In this document: piece after piece, positions 38,193-47,496 of the stretch
Layout: each line of letters opens with the position of its first letter
Numbering within the stretch: position 1 is the first letter of the stretch
Assembly (NCBI GenBank): GCA_020161135.1
Contig: JAIUOB010000006.1
Coordinates: forward strand, 35,968 to 99,967
Direction of reading: 5' to 3'
From: Gemmatimonadota bacterium
Lineage (GTDB): Bacteria; Gemmatimonadota; Gemmatimonadetes; Gemmatimonadales; Gemmatimonadaceae
Length of the DNA: 64,000 bases
The notes under the pieces: generated by a model
The model's database searches: none
What the model was told of the DNA's origin: nothing
What the model saw: only the letters and a program-made list of their open reading frames with translations
Program-made: the position numbers and the translations under genes

Positions 38193-38813
38193 TCAGCGCG
38201 AGCCGAACGACCGCGCCGTGCTCGCCTGCAGCTCCAGCACCCGCGACGCCAGCACGTCCACTTCGCTCGCCGTGAGCGTCCGCGCTGCGCCGTTCGGCGA
38301 CTTCAGCGTGAACGTGCCCGCCTCGTCCAGCGTCAGCGAACGCGTCTCGCTGCGACCATCGGCGTACGTCGTGACCGCCGTCACCATGCTCGCGCCGGCC
38401 GGCTGCGTCAGCGTCGTACGACGCGTGAACGTGCCGTCGACCTTCTCCTCGAGCAGCATCGTCTTGCCTTCGGCCGAGCGCGTCATCGTCTGCGTGACCG
38501 TGGTGTTGCCACGCGCCAGCACCTTGGTCTTCGTCTCGGGGCCCGACGCCGACGACAGCGCCGGCTTGCCCGTCCAGAACTCCATCGAGTTGAGGATCAC
38601 CACGTCGATGAGGCCGGCCACGCTGTACACCGGAAGCAGCACGCCCGTGGCGAGGAAGAACAGCTCCTGCATCCACTTGTCGTTCGAGAAGCTCTTGTTG
38701 TAGTTGTAGAGCTTCTTGGTCAGGGCGAAGCTGCCGAAGCACGCCGTGTTCGACGCGAGGGTGGTCAGCGTGAGGCCGGCGACAACGGCGTTACGGAAGG
38801 ACACTCGGCGCAC
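38193..38813 (-). CDS. DUF3332-like exported/lipoprotein
   Basis: GTG 38813 with AGGAG RBS; TACFGSFALTKKLYNYN...KWMQELFF...LIDVVILNSMEFWTGKP recalls DUF3332. It is the C-terminal part of the ORF-track frame 38193..39824. Confidence 0.7.
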   Translation of the reverse strand: MRRVSFRNAVVAGLTLTTLASNTACFGSFALTKKLYNYNKSFSNDKWMQELFFLATGVLLPVYSVAGLIDVVILNSMEFWTGKPALSSASGPETKTKVLARGNTTVTQTMTRSAEGKTMLLEEKVDGTFTRRTTLTQPAGASMVTAVTTYADGRSETRSLTLDEAGTFTLKSPNGAARTLTASEVDVLASRVLELQASTARSFGSR

Positions 38814-38914
38814 TGGGCATCTCCTGGGATGGGGTCGGTGCACGACGTATCGGTGTCGTGCAAGCAGGTCCTGCGTGTCGTACCTCGCGAAACTCGCATA
38901 CCCGACCGCGCGCG

Positions 38915-39643
38915 TCAATCCACGCGGCGCATCTGCTGCAACACCGGCCAGACGGCGTCGAGCGTGGTGACGGTGATGCGTGCACCAGCAGCCGTGAGTC
39001 GTTCGGCGGACATCAGCTCGGCATAGCCGATGGTGAACATCCCCGCGGCCGTCGCGGCCTGCACACCCAACGCGCTGTCCTCGACCACGACCGTGCGCGC
39101 GGGGACGAGTCGCATCGTGTGCGCGGCGTGCAGGAACACATCCGGTGCGGGCTTCGGCTGGCCGATGTCCGCGCTCGAGAAGCGTCGCCCTGCGAAGCGC
39201 GCAGCGAGGCCGGTGGCGCCCAGCGTCACGTCCATCTTCGCCTGCTCGCCATTCGACGCCACACCGTACGGAATGCCGGCGGCGTCGAGCGCGTCGAGCA
39301 GCGCCACGATGCCGGGCACGGGGCGGACATCGCGCGCCAGCGCCGCACGCGAGGCCGCATGGAAGCGCGGCAGCAGATCGTCGGGGGGCGCATGGCCCAT
39401 GCGCTCGGCGACGATCGCCAGGCACCGCGCCATCGAGTTGCCCATGTACGTCGCCAGCGACTCCTCGGTGGTCGTCGGCAGCCCGATCTCGGTCAGCAGC
39501 GACGCCCACACTCCGTTGCTGATGCGCTCGCTGTCCACCAGCACGCCATCGCAATCGAACAGCACACCGTCGAGTCCGCCGCCGGCGAACGCGTGCGCGA
39601 CCGCGCGCGCAGACACCGGCGACGCGGAGGCGTGCGGCGTCAC
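38915..39643 (-). CDS. HAD-IA family hydrolase
   Basis: LFDCDGVLVDSE, GVASNG, KPAPDVF, VVEDSALGVQAA. Confidence 0.9.
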   Translation of the reverse strand: MTPHASASPVSARAVAHAFAGGGLDGVLFDCDGVLVDSERISNGVWASLLTEIGLPTTTEESLATYMGNSMARCLAIVAERMGHAPPDDLLPRFHAASRAALARDVRPVPGIVALLDALDAAGIPYGVASNGEQAKMDVTLGATGLAARFAGRRFSSADIGQPKPAPDVFLHAAHTMRLVPARTVVVEDSALGVQAATAAGMFTIGYAELMSAERLTAAGARITVTTLDAVWPVLQQMRRVD

Positions 39644-41064
39644 GCCGATGCGGACGCCGCGGTGAGCGCCTCCCGTGCCTGCGCGAGCTGCGCAGCCACC
39701 GCGTTCGGGCCCGTGCCCCCGGCAATGTCACGCGCCGCCAGCGACGCCTCGGCGGCCAGTGCATCCCGCGCGTCCGCGCCGAAGAGCGCATGCGCCGACG
39801 CGAAGGCCGACGCCGGCAAGGCATCCATCTCGATGCCGGCTTCCTCTGCCTGCCGCACCAGCGATCCCACGGCGCCGTGTGCTTCCCGGAAGGTCGCGCC
39901 CTTCTTGACCAGGTAATCGGCCAGGTCGGTCGCCATCATCGCGCTCGACACGGCGGCGCGCATGCGCGCGCGGTCGAAGCGCAACTCCGCCACTGCGCCC
40001 GCCATCGCCGGCAGCACGAGGTGCAGCAGGTCGACGGCGTTGAACAGCGCACGCTTGTCGTCCTGCAGGTCCTTGCTGTAACCGCTCGGCAGCCCCTTGA
40101 TCGTGCCCAGCAGCGAGACCAGATCGCCCAGCACACGGGCGCCGCTCCCGCGCGCCAGCTCGAACACGTCGGGATTGCGCTTCTGCGGCATCATGCTGCT
40201 GCCGGTCGAGAAGCCATCGCCGAAGCGCACGAAGCCGAACTCCCCCGAGCCGTAGATGATGAGATCCTCGGCCAGGCGCGAGCAGTGCACCGCGGTCATC
40301 GTGCAGGTGAAGAGCGTCTCCGCCACGAAGTCGCGGTCGCCCGTCGCATCGATGCTGTTCTGCGAGATCGCGGCGAAGCCGAGCTCCTCCTGCAGCAGCG
40401 TGCGCGGCACCGCGAACGCCGACCCGGCAATCGCGCCCGAACCCAGCGGCAGCGTGGCCGCGCCACGGGAGGCATTGGCGAGGCGCGTGCGGTCACGCTC
40501 GAGCGGCCAGAAGTGGGCCAGCAGCGCATGTGCGCCACTCACCGGCTGCGCCCGCTGCAGGTGCGTGTACGCCGGCAGGATCGCGTCCGTGAGCGTCTCG
40601 GCCTGTGAGAGCAGCGCCTCCTGCAGCGTGCGGATGGCCGCGTCGAGATCACGACAGGCGGCCATCGTCCACAGCCGCGACGCGGTCGCCACCTGGTCGT
40701 TGCGCGAGCGGCCGGTGTGCAGCTTCGACGCCACCGACCCCGCCTCCTCGTGCAGCAGGCGGTCGATCATGGTGTGGATGTCTTCGTCGGTGGGCTGCGG
40801 CTGCGCGCCGTCGGCGATGCGCTGCCCCACCCGCGCGAGCCCCGCACGCAACGCCCCGCTCTCCTCGCGGGTCAGCACCCCCGCTTCGCCCAGCGCACGC
40901 GCCCACGCCTGGGACAGGCGGATGTCGTGCGGCCACAGGCGGAAGTCCGTTCCGATGGACCGGTTGATGGCGTCGAGCAGCGGCGATGGACCGCCGGCGA
41001 AGCGGCCGCCCCACAGCTTGTGGGACGCGGCGGAGGGCGTGGAGGATGCGGAAGAGTCGGTCAC
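39640..41064 (-). CDS. argH: Argininosuccinate lyase
   Basis: KLWGGRF, EDIHT, HTGRSRNDQ, YTHLQRAQP, STGSSMMPQKRNPD. Confidence 0.96.
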   Translation of the reverse strand: MTDSSASSTPSAASHKLWGGRFAGGPSPLLDAINRSIGTDFRLWPHDIRLSQAWARALGEAGVLTREESGALRAGLARVGQRIADGAQPQPTDEDIHTMIDRLLHEEAGSVASKLHTGRSRNDQVATASRLWTMAACRDLDAAIRTLQEALLSQAETLTDAILPAYTHLQRAQPVSGAHALLAHFWPLERDRTRLANASRGAATLPLGSGAIAGSAFAVPRTLLQEELGFAAISQNSIDATGDRDFVAETLFTCTMTAVHCSRLAEDLIIYGSGEFGFVRFGDGFSTGSSMMPQKRNPDVFELARGSGARVLGDLVSLLGTIKGLPSGYSKDLQDDKRALFNAVDLLHLVLPAMAGAVAELRFDRARMRAAVSSAMMATDLADYLVKKGATFREAHGAVGSLVRQAEEAGIEMDALPASAFASAHALFGADARDALAAEASLAARDIAGGTGPNAVAAQLAQAREALTAASASA

Positions 41065-41149
41065 GGCGTGCGAAGGAAAGGGCAGGTTGGGCGGCGCGAA
41101 AGATACATGACGCCCTCGGGGAGCGGCGCACGGCGTACGCGGCGTGGCG

Positions 41150-41611
41150 TCATCGCCGCAGGTACGCGCGCAGCTTCTTCAGCACGCGCTCGCGCCCGCT
41201 CGTCGTGCGGCAGATGATCAGCACCGTGTCGTCACCGGCAATCGTGCCGGCCACGTCGCCCCATTCGAGCTGATCGAGCGCCTCCGCCACCGGCTGCGCC
41301 CCGGACTTCATGGTGCGGGCGATGACCAGCACCTGCACCCCCTCGACGCTCACGAGCAGCTCGGGGAGGATGCGTTCCAGCCGCGCCAGCGCGTCATCCC
41401 CCAGCGCATGGTCCGGGGAGCTGTACCGCGCGCGCCCCTGCCCGTCGGGAATGCGCGCCAGCCGCAGTTCGCGCAGGTCGCGCGACAGGGTGCTCTGGGT
41501 CACGTCCCAGCCGCGCCGCACGAGCTGTCGTCGGAGCTCCTCCTGGCTCGCCACGGCGTGGGCCGAGACGATCTCGCGAATGACCTGATGGCGTTCCTGC
41601 TTGTCGGACAC
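41150..41611 (-). CDS. argR: Arginine repressor
   Basis: SQEEL, VTQSTLSRDLREL, GAQPVAEALD, GTIAGDDTVLII. Confidence 0.95.
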   Translation of the reverse strand: MSDKQERHQVIREIVSAHAVASQEELRRQLVRRGWDVTQSTLSRDLRELRLARIPDGQGRARYSSPDHALGDDALARLERILPELLVSVEGVQVLVIARTMKSGAQPVAEALDQLEWGDVAGTIAGDDTVLIICRTTSGRERVLKKLRAYLRR

Positions 41612-41669
41612 GACGGCTCCTGGGGGCGCCGCACCGGGTCACGATCGGGTGACACGGGGGCGCCGTCGA

Positions 41670-41713
41670 TTGACAGGGGAGGGTATGCAAAATTATGCAT
41701 TAATTGTGCATAC
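41670..41713. promoter_or_regulatory. ARG-box-like operator with a -35 hexamer in the argR/argC divergent region
   Basis: TTGACA at 41670-41675; AT-rich near-palindrome GTATGCAAAATTATGCATTAATTGTGCATAC (41683-41713) containing TGCAA-N4-ATGCA and an overlapping TGCAT...TGCA. Confidence 0.7.
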
Positions 41714-41726
41714 TCACCCGTCTTCC

Positions 41727-42743
41727 ATGCAAGCCACCACCGCCCCCGCGTTTCGCGTCGGCGTGCTCGGCGCCAGCGGCTACTCCGGCCGCGAGCTCTG
41801 CGCGCTCATTGCCGGCCATCCGCAGCTCACGCTCGCCTTCGCCACCGCCAACACGCAGCGTGGCACCACGCTGCGCGTGCGCGCGGGGCTCGCGGTGCAC
41901 GACATCCCGCTCATCGCCCCCGAGGAGGCCGACCTCGCCGGCGTCGATCTCGTCTTCGCGGCGCTGCCGCACGGCGCGAGCGCCGAATGGGTGGCCCGGG
42001 CGCTCGCGGCCGGCACGCGCGTGGTCGACCTGTCGAGCGACCTGCGCCCCGGACACGGCGGCGCGGCGCACGCGCTCCCGGCCGGTGTGCCGCTGGATGC
42101 GCCGTATGGACTCCCCGAACTCTTCCGCGCGCCCGTGCGCGGTGCGCGCGTCGTCGCCAACCCCGGCTGCTACGCCACCAGCATCCTCGTCGCACTCGCC
42201 CCGCTCGCGCGCGCCGGGCTCATCGCCCCGGGCGGCACCGTGAGCATCGCCAGCGCCAGCGGCGTGAGCGGCGCCGGCGCGTCGCCCAAGCTCGAGCTGC
42301 TGTTCGCGGAGGTGGCCGAGGACTTCCGCGCGTACGGCGTGGGCAACAGCCACCGGCACCTGCACGAGATGCGCGCCGCGCTCGGCACGCTCGGGGCCGA
42401 CTGCGACCTGCTCTTCACCCCGCACCTGCTGCCGGCAACGCGCGGCATCCTCAGCACCATCACCGTGCCGCTCACCCGGCCCGTCGACGATGCGCTCGCG
42501 CCGTTCCGCGCAGCCTACGCCGACGAGCCGTTCGTCGAGCTCACCACGCAGCTCCCGGCGCTCGCCGAGGTGCAGCACCGCAATGTCGTGCGCATCGGCG
42601 CGGTGGTGCCCACCGGCATGCGCTCGCCCACGCTGCTGGTGTTCAGCGCCATCGACAACCTGGTGAAGGGCGCGGCGGGGCAGGCGGTGCAGAACGCCAA
42701 CCTCATGCTCGGCCTGTCCGAGACTGCGGGGTTGCCGCAGTGA
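41727..42743 (+). CDS. argC: N-acetyl-gamma-glutamyl-phosphate reductase
   Basis: GASGYSG, ALPHG, VDLSSDLR, YGLPE, ANPGCYAT, SGVSGAG, DNLVKGAAGQAVQN. Confidence 0.95.
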   Translation: MQATTAPAFRVGVLGASGYSGRELCALIAGHPQLTLAFATANTQRGTTLRVRAGLAVHDIPLIAPEEADLAGVDLVFAALPHGASAEWVARALAAGTRVVDLSSDLRPGHGGAAHALPAGVPLDAPYGLPELFRAPVRGARVVANPGCYATSILVALAPLARAGLIAPGGTVSIASASGVSGAGASPKLELLFAEVAEDFRAYGVGNSHRHLHEMRAALGTLGADCDLLFTPHLLPATRGILSTITVPLTRPVDDALAPFRAAYADEPFVELTTQLPALAEVQHRNVVRIGAVVPTGMRSPTLLVFSAIDNLVKGAAGQAVQNANLMLGLSETAGLPQ

Positions 42744-43558
42744 GCGAGGCATCGCCGCCGGCCGCCGGCCTGATCGTCGTCAAGCTCGGGGGCCGCACGC
42801 AGTCCGACGTCGCGTTGCCGGCCACGCTCGCCGCGCTCTGGCGCGCGCGGCCGGGGCAGGTGGTCCTCGTGCACGGCGGCGGCGACCAGGTGAGCGCGCT
42901 GCAGAAGCTGCGCGGCGAGGAGCCGGTGTTCATCGGCGGCCGCCGCGTCACCACCGATGTCGCCCTCGAACTCGTGCGCATGGTGCTCTCTGGGCTCGCC
43001 AACAAGCAGCTCGTGTCGGCGCTCGTCGCCACGGGCGCGCCGGCGGTGGGCATCTCCGGTGAGGACGCCGGCCTGTTGCGCGCGTCCCCCATCGATCAGG
43101 CCACCTTCGGCTGGTCGGGGACGCCGGGCGCGGTGGATCCGCGCGTCGTGCACACGCTCCTCGCCGGCGGCTTTCTGCCGGTCATCTCGCCGGTGGCCGC
43201 GCGCGAGGACGCGTCGCTGAGCGGCGCCTACAACGTGAACGGCGACGATGCCGCGGCCGCGATCGCTGCCGCCCTCGGTGCCGACGAACTGTTCCTCCTG
43301 GCCGACGTGCCCGGTGTGCTCGACGCCGACAAGGCGCGCATTCCGACGCTCACCCTCGACGACGCGCGCGCCCTCGTGGCCAGCGGCGTCGCCGGCGGTG
43401 GCATGGCGGCCAAGCTCGACGCCGGCGCGGTCGCGCTGGCGGGCGGTGTGTCCCGGGTGCGGATCGGTGATCTCGCCGCACTCACTGTCCCCGCTGCGGG
43501 GACCGCGATTGTCGCGCGCGCAGACGCGGCAGCCGTTCTCACCAGGCAGGTACCATGA
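42740..43558 (+). CDS. argB: Acetylglutamate kinase
   Basis: VVKLGG, VHGGG, RRVT, NVNGDDAA, ADVPGVL, GGMAAK; GTG overlaps the argC stop. Confidence 0.9.
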   Translation: MSEASPPAAGLIVVKLGGRTQSDVALPATLAALWRARPGQVVLVHGGGDQVSALQKLRGEEPVFIGGRRVTTDVALELVRMVLSGLANKQLVSALVATGAPAVGISGEDAGLLRASPIDQATFGWSGTPGAVDPRVVHTLLAGGFLPVISPVAAREDASLSGAYNVNGDDAAAAIAAALGADELFLLADVPGVLDADKARIPTLTLDDARALVASGVAGGGMAAKLDAGAVALAGGVSRVRIGDLAALTVPAAGTAIVARADAAAVLTRQVP

Positions 43559-44790
43559 CGTCCACGCTCAGCTCGTCCGTCGCTCCGACCGCCTACACGC
43601 CCCCCGTGGCGTCGGCGGCCGACACGCCGTTGCCCGCCATCCTGGGCACCTACAAGCGACAGGCCCCGCTGTTCGTCCGAGGTGAGGGCGTCTACCTGTT
43701 CGATGACGCCGGCACGCGCTATCTCGATTTCGTGGCCGGCATCGCCGTCACGTCGCTCGGCCACGGCGACGCGGGCGTGCACCAGGCCATGCAGGAGGCG
43801 ATGGCCAACGGCCTGCTGCACACGTCGAACCTGTATCGCACCGCGCCGGGCGAGCAGCTCGCGCAGTGGCTGGTCGATCACTCGTTCGCGAGCAGCGTCT
43901 TCTTCTGCAACTCGGGTGGCGAGGCCAACGAGGGCGCGTTCAAGTTCGCGCGGCGTTGGGCCAAGGGCACCGGTCAGGCGGCGAAGCACGAGATCATCGC
44001 CGTGCGCGGCTCGTTCCACGGGCGGCTGCCCGGCACGCTCGCCGCCACCGATCGCCCGGCGTATCGCCTGCCGTTCCGGCCGCTCATGGGGGGCGTGCGC
44101 ATCGTCGAGCGCGACCTCACCGAGCTCGCGGCGGTGCTGAATCCCGAAACGGCGGCGGCCGTCATCGTCGAGCCCATCCAGGGTGAGGGGGGTGTGCGTG
44201 TGCTCGACCCCGACTTCCTGCGCGGGGTGCGGCGGCTCACGCAGGAGCGCGACGTGCTCCTCATCCTCGACGAGATCCAGTGCGGACTCGGGCGCACCGG
44301 CCACCTGTTCGCGCACGAAGCAGTGGGCATCGTCCCTGACATGCTCACCATCGCGAAGCCCATCGCGAACGGCCTGCCCATGGGCGCGGTGCTCGTCACC
44401 GAGCGCGTCGCGCGCGCGATGCAGCCCGGCGATCACGGCACGACCTTCGGCGGCGGACCGCTGCTGGCGCACGTCGCGCACCACGTCGTGCAGCGGCTCG
44501 CCGATCCCGCGCTGCTGCAGCACGTGCGGGAGACGGGCGCCTGGTTCGGCGCGCAGCTCGAGGCCATCGGTGCGCGCACCGGCGCGGTGCGCGCCGTGCG
44601 CGGTACGGGACTCATGTGGGGCATGGATGTCCACGAGCCGGCGGCGGCGGTCATCGCGCGCGCCTTCGCGCGGGGCCTCCTCCTCGTGAGCGCTGGCGAG
44701 CACACGCTGCGCTTCCTGCCGCCGCTCGTCATCACCCGCGAGCAACTCGCCGACGGACTCGCGATCCTCGAGGACGCGCTCAAGGGCTGA
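43555..44790 (+). CDS. argD: Acetylornithine aminotransferase
   Basis: YLDFVAGIAV, FCNSGGEANEGA, SFHGR, EPIQGEGG, DEIQCGLGRTG, AKPIANG, HGTTFGG. Confidence 0.92.
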   Translation: MTSTLSSSVAPTAYTPPVASAADTPLPAILGTYKRQAPLFVRGEGVYLFDDAGTRYLDFVAGIAVTSLGHGDAGVHQAMQEAMANGLLHTSNLYRTAPGEQLAQWLVDHSFASSVFFCNSGGEANEGAFKFARRWAKGTGQAAKHEIIAVRGSFHGRLPGTLAATDRPAYRLPFRPLMGGVRIVERDLTELAAVLNPETAAAVIVEPIQGEGGVRVLDPDFLRGVRRLTQERDVLLILDEIQCGLGRTGHLFAHEAVGIVPDMLTIAKPIANGLPMGAVLVTERVARAMQPGDHGTTFGGGPLLAHVAHHVVQRLADPALLQHVRETGAWFGAQLEAIGARTGAVRAVRGTGLMWGMDVHEPAAAVIARAFARGLLLVSAGEHTLRFLPPLVITREQLADGLAILEDALKG

Positions 44791-44821
44791 GCACGCGCGT
44801 CGCCGGCACACCGGCCGAGCC

Positions 44822-44867
44822 CGCGCGATCACGTCGGCGAGAAAAATCCCGCCGACGTGATCGCGCG
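44822..44867 (+). terminator. Hairpin after argD
   Basis: 18-bp perfect stem CGCGCGATCACGTCGGCG / CGCCGACGTGATCGCGCG, loop AGAAAAATCC. Confidence 0.6.
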
Positions 44868-45093
44868 CGCATTGCACGTCCGCCCATTCGGCGCAATATT
44901 GTCCGCGCCTTCACGAGCCTCCGTGAACGGTGCGGAACCGCGCATGCGGTGCGAATCGCGTGCACATCCGCGCACCACACCAGCCCGCACGGCGTGAACA
45001 CCGGCGGAGTGGCCCTGTCCTGGCGCGTCGATCCGGCGGCGCGCTCGAGGCCGGACGGGGCCGCCGGTGACAGCGCATCGACTACGTTTGGGC

Positions 45094-46776
45094 ATGCGCT
45101 CTCTCCGCCGCCCGCACCTCGCGCGCCCCCGTGCGCCGCGCCTGTCCACCGCTGTCGCGCTCGTCGCGTGTGCGGTCGCGCTCGCCCCGTCGTTCACCGC
45201 GCGTGATCTCGCCGCGCAGCCCCGTCGCGCACCGGCCGCACGCACCGCCGCGCCCATCGTCGCGCCGCCCACGCCCACGCTGGTGGTGCAGCTCACCGTC
45301 GACCAGCTGCGCCCCGACTATCTCGATCGCTATCGCGACCAGCTCACCGGCGGACTTGGGCGCCTGCTGCGCCAAGGCGCATTCCTCACCAACGCCTGGC
45401 ACGACCACGCCACCACGGAAACCGCACCGGGCCACGCGACGCTCTGGTCCGGGCGCTACCCGGCGCACACCGGCGTCGTGCTCAATGAAATCGGCGTCGC
45501 CGATCCGCAGGCACCGCTGCTCTTCGGCCGCGGCGGCGGGGCATCGCCGTACCGCTTCCGCGGGTCGGCGTTCTTCGACTGGGTGCGCACGCGCGATCAG
45601 TTCAGCCGTGCGCTCTCCGTCTCGCGCAAGGACCGTGGCGCGATCCTCCCCCTCGGCCGCGCCAAGCAGCAGGTGTACTGGTACGCCCTCGATGGCCGCT
45701 TCACCACCAGCCGCTACTACGCCGACACCGTCCCCACGTGGGTGCAGCGCTTCAACGCGCGCAACCTGACCGCCAAGTGGCTGGGGGCGACGTGGACGCC
45801 GCTCCTCGCCGCGAACGCCTACACCGAGAAGGACTCGGTGCCGGTCGAAAGCCAGGGGAAGGACTTCACCTTCCCGCACACCCTCGAGGCCGACCAGCGC
45901 ACGGGCACCTACAACCTCACCGAGTTCCCGTGGATGGACGATCTCACCGTCGAGTTCGCACTCGACGGCGTGAACGCGCTCGACCTCGGCAAGGGCCCCA
46001 CGATCGACGTGCTCTCCGTGTCCCTCTCCACCACCGATGCCATCGGGCATCGCTACGGACCGGCTTCGACGGAGCTGCACGACCAGGTGCTGCGCGTCGA
46101 CCGCGCGCTCGGCCGCCTCATCGATTCGCTGTACAAGCTGCGGGACTCCACGCGCATCGTCTTCGCCCTCAGCTCCGATCACGGGGTCTCGCCATTCCCC
46201 GAGCTCACGTTCCCGGGTACCGATCCCAATCGCGGTCGCGTCGACCCGCGCGGCGTCATGGATGCGGCACGCAGCGCGCTCGCCGCGCGCGGCGTCGAGG
46301 GCGACGCACTGCTGCTCCAGAGCGGGATCGTCTCGCTCGACCGGCGTCGCCTCGCCGCGCGCGGCGTCAACGCCGACAGTGTCGTCACCGCGCTCCGCAC
46401 CGCCCTGCTGGCACTCCCCGGCATGGCCCGCGTCGATCGCGTGGGCACGCTCGCCATGAACGCCGCCCGCGGTGACAAGATCGCGCGCCGCTGGCTCCAC
46501 GCCGTGCCCTCCGACCTGCAGGCCGAGCTCACGCTCACCTTCAAGGAGGGCTACTACTGGTTCACCACGCGCTACGCCACGCACGGCTCGCCGCACGATC
46601 TCGACGCGCACATCCCCATCCTGTTCATGGGGCCGGCCATCAAGCCGGGGCGCTACGATGCCATGGTACGCTCCGTCGACATCGCGCCGACGCTCGCGGC
46701 CATCGTCGGCGTCGACCCCATCGAGCCGGTCGATGGCAAGGTGCTCACCATGCTCCTCCGCCCCGGCGTGCGCTGA
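45094..46776 (+). CDS. Exported alkaline-phosphatase-superfamily enzyme (PafA/NPP type, Thr nucleophile)
   Basis: VDQLRPDY, TETAPGHAT, STTDAIGH, SSDHG, THGSP. Confidence 0.88.
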   Translation: MRSLRRPHLARPRAPRLSTAVALVACAVALAPSFTARDLAAQPRRAPAARTAAPIVAPPTPTLVVQLTVDQLRPDYLDRYRDQLTGGLGRLLRQGAFLTNAWHDHATTETAPGHATLWSGRYPAHTGVVLNEIGVADPQAPLLFGRGGGASPYRFRGSAFFDWVRTRDQFSRALSVSRKDRGAILPLGRAKQQVYWYALDGRFTTSRYYADTVPTWVQRFNARNLTAKWLGATWTPLLAANAYTEKDSVPVESQGKDFTFPHTLEADQRTGTYNLTEFPWMDDLTVEFALDGVNALDLGKGPTIDVLSVSLSTTDAIGHRYGPASTELHDQVLRVDRALGRLIDSLYKLRDSTRIVFALSSDHGVSPFPELTFPGTDPNRGRVDPRGVMDAARSALAARGVEGDALLLQSGIVSLDRRRLAARGVNADSVVTALRTALLALPGMARVDRVGTLAMNAARGDKIARRWLHAVPSDLQAELTLTFKEGYYWFTTRYATHGSPHDLDAHIPILFMGPAIKPGRYDAMVRSVDIAPTLAAIVGVDPIEPVDGKVLTMLLRPGVR

Positions 46777-46778
46777 CC

Positions 46779-47378
46779 GTGAGTGACCAGTCGATCGCCC
46801 GCGCGTTCGACGAGTTGCGCTTCGGGGCGGAGCGCACGCTCAACCTGCGCGCCCTGCAGCCCACGGCCCTCCAGGCCACCGCGCACACCGAGCAGTGGCT
46901 GCGCGAGCTGCAGGTGCGCGGGGTCGAGGAGGCGCTCGTGATCACGGGGCGCGGCAACAACAGCGCCGAGGGCTATTCGCCGGTCCGCGAAGCCATCGTG
47001 CGGCTCCTCCCGTCGCTGCGCCGCCGCAACGTCATCGCGGGGTACGCCGAGCACACGCCGGGGTCGTTCGTCGTCACCTTTGCGCCGGTGCGTGCGCTGT
47101 TCGAGACGCCGCGCCGCCGCCGCGAGCGGCCCACGCCCGCGGTCCCGCAGCCGGCGTCGCTGCTCGGCCTCGACGAGGAGACGCGACGCGGGCTGCGCGA
47201 CCTCGCCGAGCTCTCCCTCGCGGTGCTCGGCATCAAGGGGCCGACGCGCGCGCAGCTCGAAGACGAAATGCAGCGCCACTTCATGGTGCTCTCCGCCGCG
47301 CTCCCGGAAAGCGGCGATCGCGAGGCACTGCTCCAGCAGGCCGTCTTCCGCGCCGTCGAGGAGTACGAGGGGGCGTAA
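46779..47378 (+). CDS. Smr-like domain protein with C-terminal helical region
   Basis: LNLRA...A...WL...G.EEALVITGRGNNS...GSFVV resembles the Smr pattern LDLHG...IIHGKG.HS...G...V, but divergent. Confidence 0.6.
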   Translation: MSDQSIARAFDELRFGAERTLNLRALQPTALQATAHTEQWLRELQVRGVEEALVITGRGNNSAEGYSPVREAIVRLLPSLRRRNVIAGYAEHTPGSFVVTFAPVRALFETPRRRRERPTPAVPQPASLLGLDEETRRGLRDLAELSLAVLGIKGPTRAQLEDEMQRHFMVLSAALPESGDREALLQQAVFRAVEEYEGA

Positions 47379-47496
47379 GCGCAGCGGCCATGCCGCAGCA
47401 CGGCGCCGTAGGTTGTGCAGCACTCTTGCGCCCGCCGTCGCCGCTCCGCACCGTGCGGGATCGTCCCATCCCGTCCGCACACTCCGGAGCCTGCTC

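Noticed and set aside
38193-39824. 543-aa ORF as a single gene
   Set aside because: The real gene starts at GTG 38813 with an RBS; the upstream part is an alternative frame of the HAD and argH genes.
41144-43558. 804-aa ORF suggesting a long ArgB fusion
   Set aside because: Only the part from GTG 42740 is ArgB; the upstream portion overlaps argR (antisense) and argC (other frame).
44925-45010. Resemblance to a c-di-AMP (ydaO) riboswitch or 6S RNA
   Set aside because: Only fragments (GCGGAACC, GCGAATC) resemble ydaO; other conserved blocks and end-to-end pairing were not found.
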